Below, piece by piece: positions 8,878-18,612 of a DNA stretch of 36,390 nt; the stretch's first letter is position 1; each line of letters starts with the position of its first letter. The translations under genes were made by a program, and so were the position numbers. Source of the DNA: Chryseobacterium gleum (GTDB taxonomy: Bacteria > Bacteroidota > Bacteroidia > Flavobacteriales_D > Sanyastnellaceae); the NCBI GenBank assembly GCA_945897395.1, contig CAMDFE010000001.1, forward strand, positions 1 through 36,390, given 5' to 3'. The notes under the pieces were generated by a model. The model did no database searches. It saw only the letters and a program-made list of their open reading frames with translations, and had not been told where the DNA came from.

Positions 8878-10653
8878 TTAGAGACAATACTTCCCTGCTG
8901 CAATTAATTCAGCTGCAACGGTGCGTCGACCTTCTTTCGTGTTGAAGGGTTCTGTTTTTGTAAATCTGCGCAAGCCCATCATCATCATGCGCTGCTCATC
9001 TCCCTCAACAAAAGAATTCAAGGCGTCTTTTCCAGCTTTATTTATGAAGTCTGCAAGATCTGTGACCAAGGTCTGCATCATGGCAATTTGACTTACGGAA
9101 TTTTCTATTCCTCTTAGCTGAACTCTTTTCTGAGTTCTGAGAACGGTGCTTTCAGCAACGTATGTCCAAATAGCCATGTCCGCAATGTTCATTAAGATCT
9201 CTTGTTCTTTCGCTAATTGCATCATAAGTTTTTGAGCGGCACTTCCGGCTATCATGAGAACTGCTTTTTTGAAATTTTCAATGCACGCTAAGTAGCGTTC
9301 GAAGATGTCTTCACTTGGCTCAGCGAAATCAGGAATTGACATGAGTTCATTCGCCACATTCATAGCTGGAGTCATTAAATCCAATTCGCCTTTCATGGCT
9401 TTTTTCAAAAGCATGTCAACGATAAGCATGCGATTTATTTCATTTGTTCCTTCGAAAATTCGATTGATACGAGAATCGCGATAAGCCCTTTCCACACGTG
9501 ATTCAGCGCTGTATCCCATTCCGCCATAAATCTGAACGGCTTCGTCTACAACGTAATCCAATGTTTCACTGCCGTACACTTTGAGTATTGCGCATTCAGG
9601 CGCAAAAGCTGCAATGCCTTTCAACACAGCAGCTCCTTTTTCCATTCCAGATTCTATTAATCCAGCAATGGCATCGTCAATGTTTTGAGTAGCCCGATAC
9701 AACGCAGATTCCGTGGCATAGCAGCGAATAGCCATCTCGGCGAGCTTATGACGAATTGCACCATATTTTGAAATGGATCTTCCGAATTGCTCTCGAGTAA
9801 TGGCGTATTCCACAGAGTCAGTAACCGTTGCTTTTGCACCACCCATGACTGCCCCGGCTAATTTGATGCGTCCAATATTCAAAATGTTAACGGCTATTTT
9901 GAAACCATTCTGGCGGTCGCTTAACATGTTTTCTATTGGAACGAGAATGTCATTGAAAAAGACTTGACGGGTGGAAGAACCTTTGATGCCCATTTTCTTT
10001 TCTTCGGGATTCAATGTTATGCCGGGCATGTCTTTGTGAAGAATGAACGCGGTGAGATTTTCGTCGTCTTCAATTTTTGCAAAAACCGTGAATACATCTG
10101 CAAATCCAGCATTGGTGATCCACATTTTTTGTCCGGAAATTTTATAATGCTTTCCGTCTTCCGTTAAGGTAGCTTTTGTTTTTCCGGAATTCGCATCGCT
10201 ACCTGAATTCGGTTCAGTTAAGCAATAACAGCCGAACCATTCTCCCGTTGAAAGTTTCGAGATGAAGAGTTTTTTCTGTTCTTCATTTCCGTAATACAAT
10301 GCGGGCAATGTTCCAATTCCTGTGTGCGCGCCATAAGCAACAGAAAAGGAATGACCCGCTCCTAAAGTTTCTGTGCAAAGCATTGTGGTTTTAAAATCCA
10401 TTCCCATACCGTTCAATTCTTCAGGAACGGAAATTCCAAGCAGACCTAATTCACCCGCTTTATGAAGAACAGATTGCATGAGACCTTCTTCCAAATTGTC
10501 GAGGCGGTCGAGGATAGGCGTGATTTCATTGTTCACGAAATCGTCGCACATCTGCTTCATCATGATTTGTTCTTCGTTCCATTCTTCCGGAATGAAAATT
10601 TCTGATGACGATGTTTTACGAATTAAGAATTCTCCACCTGTTATTGGTTGCAT
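8878..10653 (-). CDS. Long-type acyl-CoA dehydrogenase (FadE-like), third gene of the beta-oxidation operon
   Basis: Acyl-CoA dehydrogenase signatures are present (...CYCLTEPNSGSDA..., ...QIYGGMGYSAE..., ...YRDSRINRIFEGTNEINR...). The protein is 591 aa with a C-terminal extension typical of long-type enzymes. It lies 12 nt downstream of the thiolase gene. Confidence 0.88.
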   Translation of the reverse strand: MQPITGGEFLIRKTSSSEIFIPEEWNEEQIMMKQMCDDFVNNEITPILDRLDNLEEGLMQSVLHKAGELGLLGISVPEELNGMGMDFKTTMLCTETLGAGHSFSVAYGAHTGIGTLPALYYGNEEQKKLFISKLSTGEWFGCYCLTEPNSGSDANSGKTKATLTEDGKHYKISGQKMWITNAGFADVFTVFAKIEDDENLTAFILHKDMPGITLNPEEKKMGIKGSSTRQVFFNDILVPIENMLSDRQNGFKIAVNILNIGRIKLAGAVMGGAKATVTDSVEYAITREQFGRSISKYGAIRHKLAEMAIRCYATESALYRATQNIDDAIAGLIESGMEKGAAVLKGIAAFAPECAILKVYGSETLDYVVDEAVQIYGGMGYSAESRVERAYRDSRINRIFEGTNEINRMLIVDMLLKKAMKGELDLMTPAMNVANELMSIPDFAEPSEDIFERYLACIENFKKAVLMIAGSAAQKLMMQLAKEQEILMNIADMAIWTYVAESTVLRTQKRVQLRGIENSVSQIAMMQTLVTDLADFINKAGKDALNSFVEGDEQRMMMMGLRRFTKTEPFNTKEGRRTVAAELIAAGKYCL

Positions 10654-10665
10654 AATGTTGTTTAT

Positions 10666-11841
10666 TTAAAATCGTTCGAATACTCCGGCGGCACCTTGTC
10701 CTGTTCCTACGCACATGGTTACTACGCCATACTTTTCATTTCTTCTTTTCAAGTCGTTTAACAACTGAACGGTAAGTTTCCCACCTGTGCATCCAAGCGG
10801 ATGTCCCAATGCTATTGCTCCTCCGTTTATGTTAGTTTTTTCAGGGTCTAAACCGAGGTGATTAATTACTGCAACACTTTGTGAAGCGAACGCTTCATTC
10901 AACTCGAATAAATGAATATCGCTTTGTTTTAAGCCGGCTGCTTCAAGTGCTTTAGGAACGGCGTAAATTGGACCAACTCCCATAACTCGTGGAGCCAGCG
11001 CAGCAACTGAATAACTTTTCAATTGCGCAATAGGAGTCAGGTTGTGCTTCTTCATGAAGTCCTCTGAGCACACCATCACGAATGCGGCGCCGTCAGAGGT
11101 TTGTGAGGCGTTTCCGGCAGTTACAGATCCGTCTAACGCAAACACAGGCTTCAATTTTAAAAGCGCTTCAATGGTAGTTCCTGCACGTGGGCCCTCGTCA
11201 ACGGTTACCGTTGTATTTCGAACTTGTCTTTTCTCTTTTTCATCGAGAAAAATTTCTTCCACTTCGATGGGAGCAATGCCATTTGCGAAATGTCCATTTG
11301 CAAGGGCCTCCAATGCTTTTCGGTGTGAATGGAAAGCGAATTCATCTTGCTGCTCGCGAGAGATTTTATATTCGTTCGCGACTGCTTCTGCCGTAAGACC
11401 CATTCCCCAATACCAGTCTGGATGAGACTTTGCAACTTTTGGATGAGGAACTATACGCCATCCGCCGAATGGAATGGGCGACATGGTTTCAACCCCGCCG
11501 GCAATAATGCAATCGGCCATACCTGCGTGAATCTTCGCACTTGCGAGTGCAATAGTTTCCAACCCGCTTGAACAATATCTATTCACGGTCATGCCGGGAA
11601 CTTTTTCGGTATTCAATCCCATTAAGGAAATCATGCGTCCAATGTTCAGCCCTTGCTCTGCTTCGGGTGTAGCGTTTCCTACAATGACATCGTTGATTTC
11701 ATCTTTGTCAATTTGCGGAAAATCTTTCATCAAATGCTGAATGACTTGCGCAGCCAATTCATCGGCGCGCATGGATTTAAACATTCCTTTTTGCGCTTTG
11801 CCAACGGCAGATCTGTAACCACCAACTATGTATGCGTTCAT
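10666..11841 (-). CDS. Acetyl-CoA C-acyltransferase (3-ketoacyl-CoA thiolase, FadA-like)
   Basis: Thiolase active-site motifs are present: VNRYCSSGLE (acyl-enzyme Cys), NEAFASQ, GHPLGCTG and CVGTGQG. The protein is 391 aa and starts 4 nt after the upstream fadB-like stop. Confidence 0.92.
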   Translation of the reverse strand: MNAYIVGGYRSAVGKAQKGMFKSMRADELAAQVIQHLMKDFPQIDKDEINDVIVGNATPEAEQGLNIGRMISLMGLNTEKVPGMTVNRYCSSGLETIALASAKIHAGMADCIIAGGVETMSPIPFGGWRIVPHPKVAKSHPDWYWGMGLTAEAVANEYKISREQQDEFAFHSHRKALEALANGHFANGIAPIEVEEIFLDEKEKRQVRNTTVTVDEGPRAGTTIEALLKLKPVFALDGSVTAGNASQTSDGAAFVMVCSEDFMKKHNLTPIAQLKSYSVAALAPRVMGVGPIYAVPKALEAAGLKQSDIHLFELNEAFASQSVAVINHLGLDPEKTNINGGAIALGHPLGCTGGKLTVQLLNDLKRRNEKYGVVTMCVGTGQGAAGVFERF

Positions 11842-11845
11842 GGAA

Positions 11846-14197
11846 TTAGTTTCTTAAAATTTTTCCTGATGTAATAAGACTCTGCATGCGCTCCAACGAT
11901 TTGCGCTGCATGCACAATTCGAGAAACGCTTTTCGCTCGAGGTCTAGAAGATATTGCTCGCTCACTTTTGTTGGAGCGGATAGGTCTCCGCCGCACATCA
12001 CAAACCCAAGTTTTTCGCTAATGAGTTGATCGTGTTCCGAAATGTAATTTCCAGATTTCATGGACGAAGCACCTGCGTATACAATACCCAATCCTTCGTT
12101 TCCTAAAACCATAATGTCTTTGCGTTCTTGCGGTGCTGTGTAACCGGCATGATGAAATTTCAAACAAACTTCTTTCGCTCGCATGAGCTGATGCGCGCGG
12201 CTTACACACACTTCATCTTTTTCTCTGCTTAAGTATCCCAATTCAAAAGCCTCTTCTCCTGACGTAGCCACTTTCGCTTGTCCGACTGTTAAAAATCTAT
12301 TTCGAAGAACATTCAAACGAATGTCGCCTTCCTTCATTTCATCTGATGCGCGCAAGGCGAATTCTTTCGTGCCAGCTCCGCCAGGAATGACACCCACGCC
12401 CATTTCCACCAATCCCATATAGGTTTCTGCATGCGCAATTGTTGCATCTGCGTGCATTGACATTTCGCATGCACCACCAAGTGCCAATCCATGCGGAGCA
12501 ACCACAACCGGTATGTTCGAATAACGCAATCGCATGACAGTCTTTTGGAAATAGCGAACGGCCATGTCGAGCTCTTCATATTCTTGTTCAACAGCGAACA
12601 TGAAGATCATTCCTACGTTCGCACCAGCAGAGAAATTATCTCCTTGATTATAGATTACAAGTCCATTGTATTTTTCTTCTGCAATATCAATGGCTTTGTT
12701 AATTCCGGCAAGCACTTCTCCACCAATGGTGTTCATTTTTGTTTTCCACGAAAGAGCTAAAATTCCATCTCCAATGTGTCGGACAATGCATGCGCTGTTT
12801 GTCCAAATAATTTCTTTGAACGAATCCAATGAGCGCGCTTGTTCGCTTCTTTGAATGATGCCGTATTTGTTTTCGGTTGGAAGGAATTGTTCTGGATTTT
12901 CAGTGTTAGTGTAGAAAGAAGTGAATCCATTTTTTTTCATTTCATGAATCCACGGTGCAACCGTATAACCTTCGTTCAACATGTTTGAAAGACAAGCGTT
13001 GAAACCGAGTGTATCCCACAGTTCGAACGGACCAAGTTCCCAGCCGAATCCTGCGCGCAGCGCAGCGTCAATGTCTTTCAGCTCGTCTGCAATTTCGTTC
13101 ATTCTGAAACTTACATAAGCGAAGAGTGAATGAAACATTTTCTTGTAGAACAGTCCCGCTTTATCGGTTGCGTTGTATAAATGTTTTAATCTGGAAGGAA
13201 GATCGTCGATGAGTTTTGCCGCTTCATAAGAAGCGAATTTCACTTTGTTTTGTTTGCGGTATTCAAGTGTGTTTAAGTCGAGCACAAGAATTTCTTTTTC
13301 TCCGTTTTCTCCCTTCGTTTTTTTGTAGAATCCTTGTTTCGTTTTATCGCCTAACCATTGATTGGTAATCATGGTTTGAATGAAATCAGGCAAGGCGAAT
13401 AGCGCATGTTGCTCGTCGTTTTTCGCAACAGCGAATAATCCGTTGGCAACATGAACGAGTGTATCTAATCCAACAACGTCGCACGTGCGAAACGTTGCAG
13501 ACTTGGGTCTGCCCATGATGGTTCCGCTGAGTTTGTCGACCTCTTCAACGGTAAGATCCAATTCCTTCATGCTGTGAAGCAAAGCTTGAATGCTGAACAC
13601 TCCGATTCTATTCGCAATGAATGCAGGAGTGTCTTTGCACAGCACGACTTCCTTTCCTAATTTCAAACTTCCGAATTCTTTCAAGAAAGAAATGAGTGCT
13701 GGGTCGGTTTCACTGATAGGAATGATTTCCAACAAACGTAAATATCTTGGAGGGTTGAAGAAGTGTGTTCCAATAAAATTCTTTTTGAAATCTTAGGTTC
13801 TTCCTTCGGCATTCAGATGAATGGGAATGCCGCTTGTATTGGTTCAAACAATACTTCCGGGTTTTCTGAATTGCTCTACGTTTTCGAAGAGGACTTGTTT
13901 GGGGTCGAGCTTTTCAATAATGACTTCCATGATCCAATCGCAATTGGAAATGTCTTTCAAATTATCCTCGAAATTTCCTGTTGCAATTCGCGAAGCAAAT
14001 TTCTTCGAATAGATGGGAGAAGGAGAGCCTTGCAGAGCGTTTTTCAGTGAATCATTAACGATTTTGTTACGGTCTTTTTCATCTTCCGAAACGCGGTCTA
14101 ATAGTAGCACAGGAATTCCACATTGTGCGAAGTGACAGGCAATGCGCGAGCCCATGATACCTGAGCCCAAGACGGCAATTCTTTTAATCGTTTTCAT
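11846..14197 (-). pseudogene. Multifunctional 3-hydroxyacyl-CoA dehydrogenase / enoyl-CoA hydratase (FadB/FadJ-like), interrupted by two in-frame stops (TGA 13844-13846, TAA 13793-13795)
   Basis: ORFs 13844..14197 (Rossmann AVLGSGIMGSRIA...) and 11846..13735 are in the same frame. Reading through gives ...[49 protein letters not shown]..., which is contiguous conserved 3-hydroxyacyl-CoA dehydrogenase sequence. The 'M' at 13735 in the ORF track is an internal TTG (Leu). Confidence 0.8.
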
Positions 14198-14246
14198 TTG
14201 GGTTTATTAGCTTTATGAAGGTAACACTTCTTTCCTTCATCCTGAA

Positions 14247-14990
14247 TTATTTAAATATGATTTCTTTCATGTAGAAACCTAAGCAGGATTGATCTTCTGC
14301 TTCAATCAATAGTTTTCCATCGGCTTCCACCTGGACTATTTTTCCTAAAAAGTTATATTGATCTTTTGCGATTTGGTAGTTTTTGATTTCACCTTTCTGA
14401 AACAGTATCTGATGGTATTGTGAATCTATTTCAGTCCATTTTTTTTCTTCCAACAGAAATAAATCGCGTGCCATTTGATTTCGCAGCGTCTTCAAAAAGG
14501 ATAATAAAGAGGGAATCTCAATTGTGTGATTTGAAATGCAAGTCGCATTTTCGAGGTTTTGATTCGAAATGTTTATTCCGATTCCAATTAAGGAATAATG
14601 AAGGCTCTGTTCGCTCCAAGAGTTTTCAATGAGAATACCACCGATTTTTTTTCCTTCAACAAAAATATCGTTCGGCCATTTGATAGAAACGGACTGAATG
14701 TTATGTTGAACAAGTGTTTTCGCCACTTGAAGGGCGGCCCATTTGCTGAGATAAAAGATTTCTTCGGGTTTGAGTTGGATTTTTAAAATGATGGTTCCGA
14801 GGAATGAACTTCTTGGTTCTGCTAGCCATTGGTTGTCACGCTGCCCCCTTCCTTCTAACTGAAAATCGGTAGTAATGGCAGTACCACTTTGAGTTTCTGG
14901 CAGTTTAGCAATTGTGGAAGCATAGTTGTTCGTGCTGTCGAGCTGCTCGAAATGCGAATGTGGTGATTGTTCAAACATGGACTCTTTCAA
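14247..14990 (-). CDS. birA: Biotin--[acetyl-CoA-carboxylase] ligase (group I BirA, no N-terminal HTH)
   Basis: Motifs ...LDSTNNYA..., GRGQRDNQW (GRGRxGRxW-type biotin-binding loop) and IKWPNDIFVEGKKIGGILIE are present. The protein is 247 aa. Confidence 0.85.
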   Translation of the reverse strand: MKESMFEQSPHSHFEQLDSTNNYASTIAKLPETQSGTAITTDFQLEGRGQRDNQWLAEPRSSFLGTIILKIQLKPEEIFYLSKWAALQVAKTLVQHNIQSVSIKWPNDIFVEGKKIGGILIENSWSEQSLHYSLIGIGINISNQNLENATCISNHTIEIPSLLSFLKTLRNQMARDLFLLEEKKWTEIDSQYHQILFQKGEIKNYQIAKDQYNFLGKIVQVEADGKLLIEAEDQSCLGFYMKEIIFK

Positions 14991-15034
14991 TGCAGAAAAC
15001 TTAAAGATTACAACGAAATTACGCCGTAGCGGAA

Positions 15035-15042
15035 TACCTTTG
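15035..15042 (+). promoter_or_regulatory. Candidate Bacteroidota sigma-A -7 box (TAnnTTTG) for rsfS-ftsH
   Basis: TACCTTTG lies 17 nt upstream of the rsfS ATG, in the birA/rsfS divergent intergenic region. No convincing -33 TTG was seen. Confidence 0.3.
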
Positions 15043-15059
15043 CTACAGAAGAATAAAAA

Positions 15060-15725
15060 ATGAAGAAAAAAGCAGCAGATAAAAGTAGCGAAGATGCATT
15101 GTTACTTTCCATTATTGACGGAATAGAAGAAGTAAAAGGTCACGATATCAAGATTCTTGATTTACGAAACATTGAAGCGGCAATTGCCGATTACTTTATT
15201 GTTTGCACAGGAACGAGCACAACTCAGGTTGAGGCGATAGCGAGAAGTGCCGAGAATTTCACTCGAAAAGAATTGGACGAAAGACCTCGCAGAGTAGAGG
15301 GAGTGCGCAATGCACAATGGGTACTTATGGATTATTTTACCATAATTGTCCACGTGTTTTACGAGCCCATGCGTGAGCATTATGACATAGAAGGTCTTTG
15401 GTCCGATGGTAAGGTAATGGCTTTACCGAAAAAAGCAAAACCAGAGACAAAGGCCAAGGCGGAACCAAAACCAAAGGCAGAGCCGAAAGCAAAAGCAAAA
15501 GCAAAAGCTCCTGCAAAACCAAAGGCAGAACCGAAGGCAAAAGCAGCGGTAAAACCAAAAGCAGAACCCAAGACGAAGGCAGCGGCAAAGCCGAAAGCAG
15601 AACCGAAGGCAAAGGCAGCGGCAAAGCCGAAGTCAGAACAAAAGACAAAGGTGGCTGTTAAACCTATAACTGCGGTAAAACCAAAAGTGGTAACTAAGAA
15701 AACAGTTAAGAAAAAAGATGAGTGA
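15060..15725 (+). CDS. rsfS: Ribosome silencing factor RsfS (iojap family) with a ~100-aa Lys/Ala/Pro-rich C-terminal repeat extension
   Basis: Residues 1-~120 match the RsfS/iojap pattern (...DIKILDLRNI..ADYFIVCTGTSTTQVEAIA..., ...WVLMDYFTIIVHVF..E.REHYDIEGLW). Residues 124-221 are KPKAEPKAKAA-type repeats. The stop overlaps the ftsH start (ATGAGTGA). Confidence 0.85.
   Translation: MKKKAADKSSEDALLLSIIDGIEEVKGHDIKILDLRNIEAAIADYFIVCTGTSTTQVEAIARSAENFTRKELDERPRRVEGVRNAQWVLMDYFTIIVHVFYEPMREHYDIEGLWSDGKVMALPKKAKPETKAKAEPKPKAEPKAKAKAKAPAKPKAEPKAKAAVKPKAEPKTKAAAKPKAEPKAKAAAKPKSEQKTKVAVKPITAVKPKVVTKKTVKKKDE
15435..15689 (+). repeat. In-frame 36-nt (12-aa) tandem repeat array encoding [A/V]KPKAEPKAKAA units within rsfS
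   Basis: The cleanest units are at 15513-15656 (AKPKAEPKAKAA / VKPKAEPKTKAA / AKPKAEPKAKAA / AKPKSEQKTKVA). Degenerate units flank them on both sides. Confidence 0.75.
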
Positions 15726-17799
15726 TCAGAATAATAAAAAGCCAGCCGGACCTAACAATCCGATGAAGGGTGGATTTAGTTTTTATTGGATTTACGCGGT
15801 TATAGCGATCGTGTTGATTGGATTAATGGTATTCAATGGCAGTTCAGATGGCTCTGAAACGAATTATGCTCAGGTGAAGTCATGGGCAGAGAGTAATTAT
15901 ATTGCCCGCGTTGAATACAACGGCTCAACAGGAAAGGTGTATTTAGATTCACTGGGAAAAGCGAATTTGAAAGGACAGTATCCCGAGCAAAAAGGTGTCA
16001 TGGGAACCCGTCAGGGTAGTGACTTTTGGTTCAACATTCCACCGAGTGAACATTTTATTGATGAGTTGCATGCGTTAGGACCGGTTCATAATTTCGAAGT
16101 GAAATTTCAACCGCCTAATGAATCGGCTCAGAGTTTATTGTGGTGGTTAATTGCCTTGGGTGTAATGATTGCCGCTTGGACATTTATTATGCGTCGCATG
16201 GGCGGCGGTGGCGGCGGTGGCGGTGGTCAGATATTTAACATTGGAAAGAGTAAAGCCCAATTATTCGAGAAAGGAAAAGGAACCAATGTGACTTTTGCTG
16301 ATGTTGCTGGATTGGAAGGAGCAAAAGAAGAAGTGGAAGAGATCGTAGATTTCCTGAAGCATCCAAAGAAATATACAGAACTAGGAGCGAAGATTCCGAA
16401 GGGAGCGTTATTGGTGGGACCTCCTGGAACTGGAAAAACATTGTTGGCGAAAGCCGTAGCTGGAGAAGCACAGGTCCCCTTCTTTTCATTGTCGGGTTCT
16501 GATTTTGTTGAGATGTTTGTTGGTGTTGGAGCGAGTCGTGTGCGTGATTTATTCCGTCAAGCGAAAGAGAAAGCTCCTGCTATCATTTTTATTGATGAGA
16601 TTGATGCTATCGGACGTGCAAGAAGCAAGAATGTAAACTTTGGTGGCAACGATGAGCGTGAGAATACGCTGAATCAGCTGTTAACTGAAATGGACGGGTT
16701 CGGAACTAATTCAGGAATTATTATTCTAGCTGCTACGAATCGTGCAGATATTTTAGACAAGGCTTTGATGCGTGCTGGTCGATTCGATCGTCAGATTTAT
16801 GTAGACATGCCTGATGTGAAGGAGCGCGTGCAAATATTTAATGTACACTTGAAGAACGTTAAAACAGATCCTTCTGTTGATGTGGACTTTTTGGCTCGTC
16901 AAACACCAGGATTTTCTGGAGCAGATATAGCCAATATATGTAACGAAGCAGCCCTTATTGCTGCTCGACATGGTGCAGCCTCGGTAGAACAAAAGGATTT
17001 CTTAGCAGCTGTAGATCGTATTATTGGTGGACTCGAAAAAAAGAATAAGATTATTACTCCGAATGAAAAGCGCACTATCGCGTTTCACGAAGCGGGTCAC
17101 GCTGTAACATCTTGGTTGTTGGAATACGCTTCACCTTTGGTTAAAGTGACCATTGTTCCAAGAGGAAGATCTTTGGGCGCTGCATGGTATTTACCGGAGG
17201 AAAGACAAATCACAACGACTGACCAGATTCTTGATGAAATGTGTGCAACCCTGGGTGGACGTGCAGCAGAGCAAGTAATCTTCGGTAAAATTTCAACAGG
17301 AGCTCTTTCAGATTTAGAGAAAGTAACGAAGCAGGCCTATGCTATGGTTGGAATTTACGGATTGAATGATCGTATTGGAAACCTGAGTTACTACGACTCT
17401 TCCGGCGAAAATCAGTTTCAAAAACCGTACAGCGATGAGACAGCTCGCACCATGGATGAAGAGGTGAGTAAATTGGTGGAAGCCGCTTATCAGCGGGCCC
17501 TTCATTTGCTCACCGAGAATCGTGAAAAATTAGAAGAGTTGGCTCAATTACTTCTAGAAAAAGAAGTGATCTTCAAAGAAGATTTAGAGAGAATTCTTGG
17601 GGTAAGGCCATACATAGATCGTCAAACTCAAATAGACGATGCTGAGACATCGGCTCAATTGGTTAAAGATGCATGGATTGCAGAAGCGGAAGTGGATGTG
17701 ATTCCTGTTTCAGAGGAGAATCCCGTTATTGAAGATTCACAGAAGAAAGAAGAAAATTCAGATAGTGAAACACAATCCCAAGAAACACAGGAGAGTTAG
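15718..17799 (+). CDS. ftsH: ATP-dependent zinc metalloprotease FtsH
   Basis: Features present are an N-terminal TM pair, a Gly8 linker, Walker A GPPGTGKT, Walker [10 protein letters not shown], the second region of homology (SRH) and the zinc motif HEAGHA. The acidic C-terminal tail is typical. Confidence 0.95.
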   Translation: MSDQNNKKPAGPNNPMKGGFSFYWIYAVIAIVLIGLMVFNGSSDGSETNYAQVKSWAESNYIARVEYNGSTGKVYLDSLGKANLKGQYPEQKGVMGTRQGSDFWFNIPPSEHFIDELHALGPVHNFEVKFQPPNESAQSLLWWLIALGVMIAAWTFIMRRMGGGGGGGGGQIFNIGKSKAQLFEKGKGTNVTFADVAGLEGAKEEVEEIVDFLKHPKKYTELGAKIPKGALLVGPPGTGKTLLAKAVAGEAQVPFFSLSGSDFVEMFVGVGASRVRDLFRQAKEKAPAIIFIDEIDAIGRARSKNVNFGGNDERENTLNQLLTEMDGFGTNSGIIILAATNRADILDKALMRAGRFDRQIYVDMPDVKERVQIFNVHLKNVKTDPSVDVDFLARQTPGFSGADIANICNEAALIAARHGAASVEQKDFLAAVDRIIGGLEKKNKIITPNEKRTIAFHEAGHAVTSWLLEYASPLVKVTIVPRGRSLGAAWYLPEERQITTTDQILDEMCATLGGRAAEQVIFGKISTGALSDLEKVTKQAYAMVGIYGLNDRIGNLSYYDSSGENQFQKPYSDETARTMDEEVSKLVEAAYQRALHLLTENREKLEELAQLLLEKEVIFKEDLERILGVRPYIDRQTQIDDAETSAQLVKDAWIAEAEVDVIPVSEENPVIEDSQKKEENSDSETQSQETQES

Positions 17800-17801
17800 A
17801 T

Positions 17802-18611
17802 TTGAGTAATTTATTATTGAGGTCCTTGGTTGGACTTATTTTTAGTTTAGTTGTGGTGGGCTCTGCTTTTGCAGGGCTTTTGCCATTTACGCTATTGTTT
17901 GGATTTTTCGCTGCAAAGGGTTTTCAGGAGTTTGTTCGATTGGTTAATCCGCAAATGAGACGCTTCCAAAGACGAGTGGGACTTGGATTAGCCGTTATCC
18001 TTTATGTAACAGCCGCTTCCACCATGGTTTTTGGAACTGATTGGAGATGGATGTTAATGGTGCCTGTGCTTTGGTTGTTATTTATGTCTATTGAAATGAT
18101 GAAGGTGAGTGCAAGTTTTATTTTGGATACTTCCACAATCTTAATGGGTTTTATTTATACGGTCCTGCCTTTTTCTCTGCTGGTCTTTTTAGGTAAAGTC
18201 AACGGTGAATTTGACGCACGTCTCCCGTTTGGATTCTTTTTAATTTTATGGGCAAATGATACAGGAGCTTATTTGATAGGAAAGTTCTTTGGAAAGCACA
18301 AGCTGCTTGAAGCAGTATCTCCTAAAAAAACATGGGAAGGATTGTTTGGTGGTATGACAAGTGCTGTTCTTTCGGGATATTTTCTTTTTTCATTAATGCC
18401 CAATTCATTCAGTCGCACGGAGTGGATAGCCATTGCTGCAATTGTCGCGGTTTTTGCCAATATTGGAGATTTAATCGAATCTCAAATTAAGCGTATAAAA
18501 GGGGTTAAAGATTCTGGAAAACTACTTCCTGGTCACGGCGGGGTCTTGGATCGTTTTGACGGATTGCTTATTGCACTTCCGCTTGTACTAATTTATTTGA
18601 TTTTGCTTTAA
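17802..18611 (+). CDS. cdsA: Phosphatidate cytidylyltransferase (CDP-diglyceride synthase)
   Basis: The signature SQIKRIKGVKDSGKLLPGHGGVLDRFDG is present in a polytopic membrane protein. A TTG start at 17802, 2 nt after the ftsH stop, is the only start that keeps the conserved N-terminal TM segment. Confidence 0.85.
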   Translation: MSNLLLRSLVGLIFSLVVVGSAFAGLLPFTLLFGFFAAKGFQEFVRLVNPQMRRFQRRVGLGLAVILYVTAASTMVFGTDWRWMLMVPVLWLLFMSIEMMKVSASFILDTSTILMGFIYTVLPFSLLVFLGKVNGEFDARLPFGFFLILWANDTGAYLIGKFFGKHKLLEAVSPKKTWEGLFGGMTSAVLSGYFLFSLMPNSFSRTEWIAIAAIVAVFANIGDLIESQIKRIKGVKDSGKLLPGHGGVLDRFDGLLIALPLVLIYLILL

Positions 18612-18612
18612 C

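Noticed and set aside
13844-13846. In-frame TGA in the fadB-like gene as selenocysteine or a reassigned codon
   Set aside because: TGA ends other genes in the window, for example rsfS at 15723-15725 and ruvC at 27024-27026. A second, different stop (TAA) follows 16 codons later. The position aligns with an ordinary Ser/Thr/Ala site, not a redox Cys, and no SECIS-like hairpin is evident downstream.
14215-14240. Hairpin ATGAAGG-N12-CCTTCAT between birA and the fadB-like gene, considered as a terminator
   Set aside because: The stem is only 7 bp with a 12-nt loop, and no T-run follows it on the transcribed (-) strand. It is not convincing as an intrinsic terminator.
15337-15648. Leu/Pro/Ser-rich ORFs (103 aa and 63 aa) antisense to the rsfS repeat tail
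   Set aside because: They are mirror-image artefacts of the AAR/GCN/CCN repeat. The sense frame continues directly from a conserved RsfS core and ends at the ftsH start overlap.
16200-16226. GGC/GGT trinucleotide run (Gly8) in ftsH, considered as a contingency locus
   Set aside because: A poly-Gly linker after TM2 is a common feature of FtsH, and any in-frame slippage would only change linker length.
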